From Chiloscyllium plagiosum (taxonomy: Eukaryota), in NCBI RefSeq assembly GCF_004010195.1, contig NC_057751.1, forward strand, positions 7,060,133 to 7,124,132: a stretch of DNA of 64,000 nt. The letters run 5' to 3'. Shown piece after piece: positions 24,535 through 34,923 of the stretch. The notes below the pieces were generated by a model. That model was given only the letters and a program-made list of their open reading frames with translations. It did not search any database and was not told the origin of the DNA. The position numbers and the translations under genes are program-made. Every line of letters begins with the position of its first letter. Position 1 is the stretch's first letter.

Positions 24535-25572
24535 CTCATGGTTTAGTGTGCAAACCTTGTTCAGTTCATAGTTTTCTTCATTCCTGAGTCAGAACATAGT
24601 TGGTTCAAACTCCATGCTTACTCCACTCAACCTCAATCAGGCTTGTTCAACAGATGTCCTACAAAGATTCCTAACTGGCCTATGGATGGTCTTCCAAATA
24701 CAGGAATTAAAAGTCTGAGATTCTGCAAGGATATGCTTTTCACATCAGAGGCTGTTTCTCTCCCGTGTTCACAACACAGTCTCTGATTGGAGGAGCGTTG
24801 GACAAACATTGGGAGCATCATTTAGCCTGAGGCCCGTGCACCAGAATATTTGGCGGCAGAGGCTAGCTTGCCGTGAGCAACGGTGAAAGTCATGGTTGAC
24901 AACATTCAGATCACTGTTTTTCATTGGGTTTAATGTTTTACTTACAGAGGAGATCCAGAGTTCAGGTTTCTCACATACACCAATGATATGACACCAGCAG
25001 CTCTGCAGAGAGTTCAGTCAAGCTCCGAGAGAGAGCAATGCTTAATTCATAAGTCACAGCTCTTCTTTTGAAACGTCTTCAAATTCAGTCATGAAATGAA
25101 CTTTTCATACTCCTTCAAGGAGCACTGTTGTTACCAGATAAATAACAACTGGAGGGTTTTACTCAGTGACCTGTTTGCTACTTGCACACAGTAACCTTCA
25201 TGTCATTGACTGGTTGCAGAAACCTTTCAGTCCACATACTTAAAACATTCACCAATTTCCTTTTATCCATGATATTATCAAGGCACTACCTTAGTGGAAC
25301 AAATCAGTGAGTGTGTGCGCTAATGTTGAACATGAAACAGTGAAGAGCAGTCCAGACCCTTCGGCCCTTGATGTTGTACCAACCCTTTATCCTATTCTGA
25401 AATCAAACTAACTTACATAAAGCAGGGACATATAATTGTCACACTGTTTTCACAGACCTGTTCTTATTGTATGATTCTACTGCTGCTCTCCCGTGGTCCG
25501 GTTAACCCTGGGCCAGGCTTTGGTAACTCCATGTTTTGATTGCTGTTCGCTTTGTCTCTTTTCTCTTTCCAG

Positions 25573-25741
25573 CCTGCAGCCAGAAGGAGCTGAGGTAATC
25601 TTGAGTCCCGAGGTCACCTGCGGGCCACCAGGTCTGTCCTTGTCCAGCCCCATTGCTCTGACTGTCCCTCACTGCGCAATGGTATGTTCGGAGCACTGGA
25701 GCATAAAGCTGAAGAGACAGACACTGACAGGAAAGTGGGAG
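25573..25741 (+). CDS. unc5d: UNC5D-like netrin receptor, coding exon (ZU5 domain, C-terminal part)
   Basis: Polypyrimidine tract ttctctttccag|C...TGGGAG|gtaagt; 169 nt, phase 2 to 0; (S)LQPEGAEVILSPEVTCGPPGLSLSSPIALTVPHCAMVCSEHWSIKLKRQTLTGKWE; AG+C restores Ser with the previous exon. Confidence 0.95.
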
Positions 25742-26765
25742 GTAAGTTTGGATGAGCTTATTGATTGTGTTCAATGGCCAGATTTGCATATTTGCATTCA
25801 TTCTGGGTCCCTCCGGCCCAGCTCCAGCAGAGTTACTGAAATAGGTTTTTAAAAAAAATCCCTGCTGCCTCAACTGTGCCTGCGGCATGATAGTGGGGGA
25901 TCATCAAGCTGCTAACATATCCAGTCATAACCAGCATGGGCCTCCGATGAATCTCTGTGTGATTTGGCGGAAAATAGATTTATTGTTGAACCTCAGGTCA
26001 GATACAGTGCATCACTTAAAGAGTGAGAGATTGAAAGGTTTGGTGATATGAAGTGATTTGATGAGGACAGTCTGACACTTACAAGAAAAAGATAAGCAAG
26101 AGTTGCATTATTTTGTTAGTGTGTATGTTTTGCTGGTGTGCCTATCTGCGCGTGTTGAACGGAGAGCTGTGCTGCAAAATGTATGTGGGATGAAAGCAAG
26201 TTTTGGACAGCATGTTTCATAGTTATTTTAATGTTAATGCTGCATTGATGTTCATGAAATTACTTGGCAGCAACTGAAGAATGCTTTCAATGATTTGTAA
26301 AATTGGAGTGAATGATGCATCACAAATGTTCAATTAAAGCAGAGAAATTTTACCTATATTCTGTTAAAACATATTGAATTACCCTTTCTTATGCAAAGTT
26401 GTTTGGTTCTATCATGTACACATCTAAAATTATTAAAATTTGAAGTTTCTCAAGGATTTAAGCGTCCTGTGCATACATATTCTGATATTAGTGCGATGTT
26501 GTGTTACAGGCACATTTGCGGTATAGCTGGCAAATGCTGTGTATCTATCTGTGTGTTTTCATCCATTTCTCTGCAATGAACTCTCTTTGTCTCAGTATCT
26601 GTTCATCTATCACTCCCCACAATTCTGTCTCTGCTGAAAGCCAGTCCAATCCTAGTTTGGGGTTGGCAGAATGTTGTTGTACATCTATACTTGACAATGC
26701 AGGTAAGCTTCCATGATTTTATAAAGTCAGCTTCCTCCATACTCTGAGCAAACATGACGCATACA

Positions 26766-26904
26766 AACACACAAAATGCTGGAGAACCTCAACAGGTCTT
26801 GGAAAATCTGTAGAGAAAGAAATGGAATTAACATTTTGAGTCCGGTACGACTTCTTCAAGTCTGCATACTTGAAGAAGTCGTACTGGACTCAAAACGTTA
26901 ATTC
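26766..26904. repeat. Penelope-like fold-back remnant with near-perfect 37-bp palindrome
   Basis: 26825-26861 is the reverse complement of 26868-26904 at 35 of 37 positions. Confidence 0.85.
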
Positions 26905-26971
26905 TGTATGCATCATGTTTGTTCAGCCAGAAGGACATAGAGCAGTAGAGTCATAGAATTGGCACAGAAAT

Positions 26972-27345
26972 AGATTAGAATCCATACTTAGAATTAGAAT
27001 CCATGCAGTGTGGAAACAGGCCCATCGGTCCAACAAGTCCACACTGACCCTCCAAAGAATAACCCAACCAGACCCGTTCCCTGAACCTATTACTCAACAT
27101 TTACCCCTTACTAATGGGCCAAACCTATACATCCTTGAACACTGTGGGCAATTTAGCATGATCAATTCACCTAACCTACACATCTTTGGATTGTGGGAGG
27201 AAACCGGAGCACTCAGAGGAAAACCACACAGACACGGGGAGAATGTGTAAACTCCACACAGACAGATGCCCGAGGCTGCATTCGAACCCGGGTCTCTGGT
27301 GCTGTGAGGCAGCAGTGCTAACCACTGAGCCACCATGCTGCTCCC
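26972..27345 (-). mobile_element. HE1-type V-SINE
   Basis: CAGTGTGGAAACAGGCCC...GCAGCAGTGCTAACCACTGAGCCACC. Confidence 0.92.
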
Positions 27346-28329
27346 AAAATTAATAGGTCGGTATGATGCCAATACCCACCAACTCATCGTCTCAAAACCG
27401 GAACCTGTTTCCATGCAAAAGGGTGTTTTCACCTCAATGTAAATTCAGAAAGATATTGGGAAACTCATCTCTTTGATATGCTTTCCTTCTAACAGATTAT
27501 TTTGGCAGTGAATAATATGGAGAAATACATTACACAGCAACCTGTCTGCATTGGTAGAATTTTTACCTCTCAGAGATTCAAGCTCCCAGTCCAGGATTTG
27601 AGCATCACTGTTTTCTTGCAATCTCTTGACTTTCTTAATCTCCCCAGTTTCTGTCCACATTCCCTGGAGTAATCTTGCCCCAAATAATGTATAGCACATC
27701 TGTAAAATCTCAGATTGTTAAACTCCTAGTCTTCCAATCACTCCAATTTTATTTTCTGTTCTTGATTTGCTCAATCACTTCCTCAGCCTTGATGGTTTTA
27801 TCCCACAGAGAGTCATTCAAGGGGCTGAATGGCCTCCTCCTACACTTAATTTATATGTTTGCCTGTTCCTTATACTATAATCCTCATCAGTGAACCTTCA
27901 GAACTGAGCAGATTTAGCAACCTTTGAAAGCTGCAGGACAAGTTTAGAAGACTGTAAAATAAAATTTAAAGAAGCGTCCAGATTTATAAAGTGAAAGGTT
28001 TGTGGAGAAAAAAACAAGGATATTCTGCTAAACTTTCAGAAACTTCGGCCCTCAGCATCCCTGACCCAGCCTGGCCACTGCTCTTGATGTCAGAGTTTTG
28101 GAGAGCACGCAGTAGAGACTCATCTTTTGTAGAGAGTCCAGAGCAGCTGGGATTGTTGCCCCTACAACTGAAAAATGGTGAAATGAGATTCAGTTTGCAG
28201 AGTTATGAGGGGCTTTGACAGTTTGTGACGAAGCACCTGTTTTTTATTGGCAAGAAAGCTGTGACCAAAAGACAAAAGGGGTGTAAAATATCAGGTAAGG
28301 AAGTAATAGGAAATTATTTCACATAGAGA

Positions 28330-28650
28330 GTTAAGACCAAAGGAAATCAAAACAGAGTAGGCCATTTGGCCCTTCAAGCATGTTTCTCCATTCAATCGGA
28401 TCTTGACTAATCCAATATTCCTCTGATTCACTTTCCTGTGTTTTACCCGTAACCCTTGATCCCCAAATGATCAAGAATCTATCTATTACAGTCATAAATA
28501 TACGCTTGAACTCTGGACCCCACAATTCTCTGTTGCAAGGAGTTCAAAAGAATCACAACCCTCTGTGACTGGAACTTCCTCCTCATCTCAGCCTTAAATT
28601 GGCACATGTTCACTCTGAGACTGTGCCCTGTGGTGCTCGACTCTCCCAGG
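28330..28650 (-). mobile_element. Older CR1 LINE 3' fragment
   Basis: Similar to 11450-11760 (GGCCATTTGGCCCTTC...ACCCTTGATCCCC...CACAACCCTCTG). Confidence 0.7.
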
Positions 28651-29459
28651 GTGTTGTCAGGATCTGTAATGCTATGCCTGCCACAAGTGGATTAATTGGG
28701 AACTTTTAACAGAGATTCGAGGGGCTTCAAAATGGGTGCCCCAATATGGATTTCAGAGTGATCATTAGAATTTATGCTGGGGTGGGAATTCTGTGTAAAA
28801 ACAAGTAGAATGAAGCATTGCTCTATCTGAACCTTATGTAATATAACATTTAAAAGCTCCCTCTAATCTAGGCTGCTTTGTTAACTAATGAGGCTCAAAA
28901 CCTCACAGGGTGACTCTCATGAATAGACTTTTCTCAACCTTTACTTTCGACATCATTAAAACTTCTGCTTCAGAGGCATTATGAAGATGGTTATCAATAT
29001 GGATACCAGTCTAAAGCTCATTGTGATGTTAAGTTTCATGTATTAATGCATAGATCGCGAGATGGGTTTTCTGTTGGCACTTTCTGTTGAAGTCTTTTGC
29101 CCACAAGACACTAAACTACATTCAATGCAATGATTCCTCCAGTCCCTTTATGAATAAATGTCCTTTATTACTGCAGCTTTTTGCTCTCTGCATTAATTGG
29201 CTTTTCAAGTGTGTTTGTCTTTGTGTTCCGCAAAGAAATTGCATGCAATCATCAGAGCTTCATTAACAGCAACCGAGACGACTTTTTAACACCTTCAACT
29301 TGGGGTGCAAAGTATGCAGTCAAAGTACTGATTTGTCACTGTTTCCTCTTGGAAGTCTCTTTGCCTTGCTGCTATTTTTTTCCTTTAATAATTGCAACAG
29401 TCTCTTGGTTAACTATTGAATGATTTACTCCCTTGGCCACACTTTTTTGCATTCAAAAC

Positions 29460-29770
29460 CACAGTAACGACAACATGTACACACAGCACCTTTATCATTC
29501 AAAACTGTCCCAAGCTGCTTCACAGGAATCTTATTAAATAAATTTGACAATGAGTGAAAGGACGAGACATTAAAACAAACCATCAATTTGCTTAAAAAGG
29601 TTACTTATAAGGACTATCTTCAATGAACAAAGAGAGATGGAGAAGTTCAAGGAGGGTAGTTCAGTATTGAGGTCCCAGACAGCAGAAGACACAACCACCA
29701 TTGGTGGGGGTGGAGAAAATTGGAGAAGAAGGTGCCAGAAATTAATGAGCACAGAGACCATGGGAAGTTG
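29460..29770 (-). mobile_element. Ancient L2-like LINE 3' fragment
   Basis: Decayed motif CAGCACCTTT...GTCCCAAG.TGCTTCACAGG; related pieces at 46950-47100, 56890-57300 and 62520-62890. Confidence 0.45.
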
Positions 29771-30410
29771 AAGATTAAAATGTCAAATAACATCATGTTG
29801 ATTCATGAAACCTAACCTCACAGAAGGATGTCATTCGGCCCACTTTGCCGGTGCTTCCTGTTCCTGAGAGCTGTCCAATTAATCTCACTGGCAGCTTCCT
29901 ATCCACCTGCGCCCGCAGCCCCAACTGTGTCCCGTCGCCCATCCTTCCTGGACATTCAAACTTTAATTTGTTTATGATTATTGCTTTCTGCTGGTAAGGA
30001 TTAATTGTAAACCATGAGAACTCCAAAGTATTTACATTATAATGCATTGAGGCAAGAGAAAATTCTGGTATTCATCTATCTCGTTTGAGGGCAGCACCTG
30101 TTAATCCTGCTGTCTGTGTGCTAACCTTTACCCGGCTCTCATCTCTGTGTTTGCTAATCTACACCGGCTCTTGATTAATTCTTGATTTTAAGATTTCCAC
30201 CCTTGCTTTCAAATCTTTTTGCAGTCTCACTCCTCCCCATTTCTGCAACCTCCTTCAGCCCTACATTCCTCCAAGACGTCTACACTTCCCTACTCCTGCA
30301 CCATAACGCTTTGCCAGTTGTCAAAGATACCACCAATGACCTTCGTGTCTTAAATTGCCAAGACCTTATGAATTTCCTCCCTCCTTCATTATCTCCTTCA
30401 AATTCCAACA

Positions 30411-30615
30411 ATGTACAGGTTAGATGAATTGGCCATGCTAAATTGCCCAAAGTGTCCAGGTATATGCAGGCTAGGTGGATTAGCAATGGGAAATGCAGGG
30501 TTACAGGGATGGGATAAGGTAGAGGGTGAGTCTAGTTGTGGTGCTCTTCGGAGGGTTGATGTGGAGTCAGATGGGCCAAATGACCTACTTTCATATTGTT
30601 GGATTCTATGATTCT
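30411..30615 (+). mobile_element. HE1-type SINE 3' half
   Basis: ATGTACAGGTTAGATGAATTGGCCATGCTAAATTGCCC...GATTCTATGATTCT. Confidence 0.82.
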
Positions 30616-31135
30616 CTGATTCAAGAGACTGATTGGAACTCTTGGTTGACTACACTATTTTGGGCAGCTTTACTTGTGTAAAGTTTGTTTGATAACGTTT
30701 CTCTGAAGCACCTTTGGGGATTTCACTTTGTTAAGAGTGCCACAGAAACACAAATTACTGTTGATTGTTATCATTAAACTCAGATACTTTGGAGTGGATT
30801 CATTGTTCTATGGAGAAAGTGGTAAAACATCTGGGCACGTACAGGGTTCGGAGAGGTTGAGAGGGTATGGGCCAAATGCAGGCCATTGAGATGAATTCAG
30901 TTCAGGAAACCTAATCGGATGGACATGTTGGACTGCAGGGTCAGTATCCATGTGGATGATTCCGTGGCTCTGTGTTCCCTTGCCAGAAGCCACTGCCACA
31001 CACAGACCGTGGTTGTCAGTACAGCTGGAAAGCAAAAAAGACCTGAAATGCTGACGGTCGGCAACTGACCTTGCAGCTAGGCTTTGTTGAATCTCTTTCT
31101 TTTGCCAACAGAAAAAGGCATTGTTTACATCCACT

Positions 31136-31652
31136 ATAGAAACCCTATAGTGTGGAAACAGGCCCTTCGGCCCAACAAGTCCACCTGTCCCTCTGAAGAG
31201 TTACCCACCCAGACCCATTCCCCTACCACTCTATATTTACCCAGACTAATGTGCACATCCCTGAACACTACGCGCAATTTCCCATGTCAATTCACCTATC
31301 CTCCACATCTTTGGATTGTGGGAGGAAACTGGAGCACCAGGAGGAAACCCACGCTGACAAGGGGAGAACATGCAAACTCCACAAAGACAATCACCTGAGG
31401 CTGGATTTGAACCTGGGTCCCTTGCATTTTGAGGCACCAGTGCTAACCACTGAGCATCGTGCCACTCCAACCACTGAGCCATCATGTTGCCCTGGGATCT
31501 TGTGGTGCAGTGGACTCCACAAAGACAGTCACCTGAGGCTGGATTTGAACCTGGGTCCCTTGCATTTTGAGGCACCAGTGCTAACCACTGAGCCATCGTG
31601 CCTCTCCAACCACTGAGCCATCATGTTGCCCTGGGATCTTGTGGTGCAGTGG
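31136..31652 (-). mobile_element. HE1-type V-SINE with tandemly duplicated head
   Basis: Full SINE; unit 31376-31513 is repeated at 31514-31652. Confidence 0.9.
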
Positions 31653-32174
31653 TGGAGTTCCTACCTCTGGGCGAGAAGTACTCAGTTCGCGTCCTGTCTG
31701 CTCCAGGAGTGTGTTATTACACATCAGAACAGGTTGGTGTAAAAAAAAATCTACATCCATTAAACTGGCCAACAGTGAGGCATGATTAAAATAAAACTGT
31801 GTATCTGCTACCCTTCCAACAACACAGATACAGTTGTCCTGTCAGAACCGATGCCTTTCAGAAGATATGTTAAATTGAAGCACGGCTAACTTGTTTTCCT
31901 TGTGAAAAGAAGATTAATGGCTTTATGTGACCACATAAGAGCTGAGGAAATAGTGGTGACTTCAGCAGGCTTGACTTAATTAAGCCCATGGATACAGATC
32001 TGAAGGATGCAGGTTTAATCTGAACAAACTCTGGACAGTGCCACCTCTTGCTTAATACCTTAAAAAAGGAGCTAAGTTATTGTATCTGAGAGGATTACAA
32101 AAATACAGGTGGCCCAAGTTGAACACATGCTCCCTGATTGTGAATCACTATGCTATGATGAGGGAATTGTACTG

Positions 32175-32420
32175 AAAACATAAAGTGCTGGAGGTCACAG
32201 CAGGTCAGGCAGCATCCATGGAGAGAAAGCAAGTTAACGTTTAAAGTCTGGATGGCTCTTCATCAGAGCTGAAGTGAAGTGTGGAGGGGGCAGCATCTAT
32301 GCAATAGTTTTGGGGGGTGGCTGGGGGTTGGACTACTGGGGGAGAAAGGTTGTTGGTAGTTCAGATTAAGTAATTGGAGTGTGAGAATGGAAGAACAATG
32401 TTGTGTCTAACTGCCAGACT
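32175..32420 (-). mobile_element. Penelope-like 3' end fragment (family 2-related) with hammerhead-like core
   Basis: Reverse complement agctCTGATGA a gagcc atcc agactt TAAA cgtt aact followed by GGATGCTGCCTGACCTGCTGTGACCTCCAGCAC. Confidence 0.68.
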
Positions 32421-32470
32421 GTTTGTCTTGGTTAGAAGTTCAGACTTTTGCATATGGGGATGGACAAATA

Positions 32471-32647
32471 CAGTACAACCTCAGTTACCCGAACACCGAT
32501 TATCTGAATTTCGGATTATCCGAATAAGATCTCAAGCTCCGGATGCTTGGGTAAACTGTGTTATGTGAACATTCAATTATTCAAACATTTGATTATCTGA
32601 ACAAAATACTGCCCACCCGTGTCATTTGGATAATCGAGGTTGCCCTG
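32471..32647. mobile_element. Tc1/mariner-pogo (Tigger-like) MITE
   Basis: TA|CAGTACAACCTCAGTTACCCGAAC ... ATTTGGATAATCGAGGTTGCCCTG imperfect terminal inverted repeats, with internal GATTATCTGAA sub-repeats. Confidence 0.75.
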
Positions 32648-32814
32648 TCATTAGAATGACGTTGTAGATATTTGTACTTTTCTCCGGTGGAAATTCAGGG
32701 TGAATAGAAAATCTCAATGGGCCCTATGGACATCACTTCTCTCGTTTTTTCTTATGGCCTCTCCAAGAGAAGGAAATGAAAGAAAAAGCAAGACTTATTT
32801 ATCCAACACTTGTC

Positions 32815-33190
32815 TTTTTTAATTCATTCATGGGACATGGGCGTCGCCGGCTAGCCAGCATTTATTGCCCATCCCTCGTTGACTTTGTACTGAGTGGCTT
32901 GCTAGGCCATTTCAGAGGGCAACTGAGAGTCAATCACATTGCAGTGGACCTGGAGCCACATGTGGGCCAAACCAGGTATGGATGGCAGATTTCCTTCCCT
33001 GAAGGACCTCAGTGAACCAGATAGACTTTTCCAGACAATCGACAGAGGTTTCGTGGTCACCAGGAAGGTCCTAAATTCCAGATTATTATTGATTTCAAAT
33101 TCCACCATTTGCCATTACAGGATTCCAACTCATGTCCCCAGAACGTTAGTTGAGTTTCTGGATTAATAGACTAGCGATAATTGCTTCCCC
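32815..33190 (-). mobile_element. tRNA-headed SINE of the second family (head and tail both shared with the LINE at 33945)
   Basis: Reverse complement matches 49397-49722 and the 5' end of the LINE at 33945-34185. Confidence 0.82.
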
Positions 33191-33197
33191 TTCTTTG

Positions 33198-33500
33198 TGT
33201 CCCAAGGCACTGTATAATTTTTCAAGTGTGGTCACTATTATCCTTTTGGAAATGTGGCAGACAATTTTCACATAGCAAGCTCCCATAAACAAGGTAATGA
33301 TCACATGACCTCATTTTAGGCATTGGCTGAGACATTGGAAATTCTCCCGTTTCTCAACTGAGTATCATAGGGATCTTTCATACACATGTGAGAGAAGGAT
33401 TGTTATCTAAGTTCGATAGTTTACCTGAAATTTGTGCCTCTGAAAAAGTGCAGCAGTCCCTGAGGGATTCACTGAGTGTTAGACTGGAATTTCTACTATA
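33198..33500 (-). mobile_element. DeuSINE (SacSINE1/AmnSINE-like) relic
   Basis: GTCCCAAGGCACT...TTCAAGTGTGGTCACT...CAATTTTCACATAGCAAGCTCCCA resembles the reverse-complemented Deu domain. Confidence 0.6.
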
Positions 33501-33944
33501 GCTTCTGGGTAGTGTAATTCAGGATCAGCCCAGTTTTGTTCACAGTGAGGAAAAAAGCGTAGAGGGAGAGTACATCAAATACGGCTATTAGAAAACTGGA
33601 GTTGTCAAGGAACTGGACAGTTTTGGCATCAGTTTTCATTAAGCATTTTTTTAAAAACCTACCTGGACAGTTTGACGAGGTCTTGCACATTGATGAACTG
33701 TTTATGTGCAAAGGAAATGCTGCCAGCAATCTTCTTTCTATGATTAGGTGTAAGGACCAAATTGGTTTACACTATTATAGGATCAATAACTGTTGAGTCA
33801 CAATGGGATGAGGCTGTTGTCTTAATATGCATTTTATTGCTTGATAGCAATTAATTACAAATGGCAGTAGTTTGTTAGATATCATTGCAAAGAATGTGAG
33901 GAGTTCTGTGAATAGGGTGATGCTGGGAAAGAGTGGGAATACTC

Positions 33945-34886
33945 CTGGATCACGGACCCACGGCTAATGTTCTGGGAATATTGGCCTGAATCTCATCATG
34001 ATCAGGATGGTGAAATCTGAACTCAGTAAGTATTTGGAAAAGAACCACTGACTTGAAAACCGATTTGGTTCACTCATGCCCTACGGGAAGGAAATTAGCC
34101 TTACATGGTCTGGCCTGCATGTGACACCAACCCAAAGCAATGTAGTTGACTCTCAACTGCCCTCTGAAATGACCAAGCAAGCCACTAATTTGTATCAATC
34201 ACTATCAAGTCGCTACGAAGAAATGAAGTGGATGCATCACCTGGCATTGACCGAGGTACTGGAAAAGACAATGGCAGAAATAGCCCTGTCAACCCTGCCA
34301 AGTCGTCCTTCCTAACACCTGGGTGCTAGTGTGAAAATTGGGAGAGAGCTGTCTCACAGACAGGTCAAGCAATAGCCTGACATAACCATTCTCAAGGAAT
34401 CATACCTGACAGGCAATGTCCCAGAGATGACCATCACCATCCCTGGACATGTCCTGTCCCACTAGCAGCACAGACCCAGCACAGTGGTGTACCGCTGGGA
34501 GTCCTTAACACTGACTCCGGACCCCATGAAGTGTGATGGCATCAGGCTAAACATGGGCAACGTAATCTCCTGCTGATTACCACGTACTGTGATGATGCTG
34601 CTCCTTTAACAAGGTTGTGATGTCCTTGGTTTGTTTTTCAAAAGAGTTTTACATGACAACAGGTTCTGAAATGTCTGGCTTAATCTATTTGAAGAAACTT
34701 TTAAGTTTAAAAAAACACTTGTACTATGAAAGTGGGTAGGGGGAGAATGGGTCGCCAGTTCTCCGAGCTCAGCTTTTTCTCTCGTTTGGTTTGTTTTGGC
34801 TTTTCACAGCCAGCAGTCAGTCCGTTCTGAGGCTGATGGTCAAAGAAACAGCTACATGGATGAAGGTGTCCCATGCTGAATCTCTC

Positions 34887-34923
<37 letters not shown>

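Noticed and set aside
31376..31652. Direct repeats considered as a CRISPR-like array
   Set aside because: Two-unit tandem duplication of SINE sequence with no unique spacers, in eukaryotic DNA.
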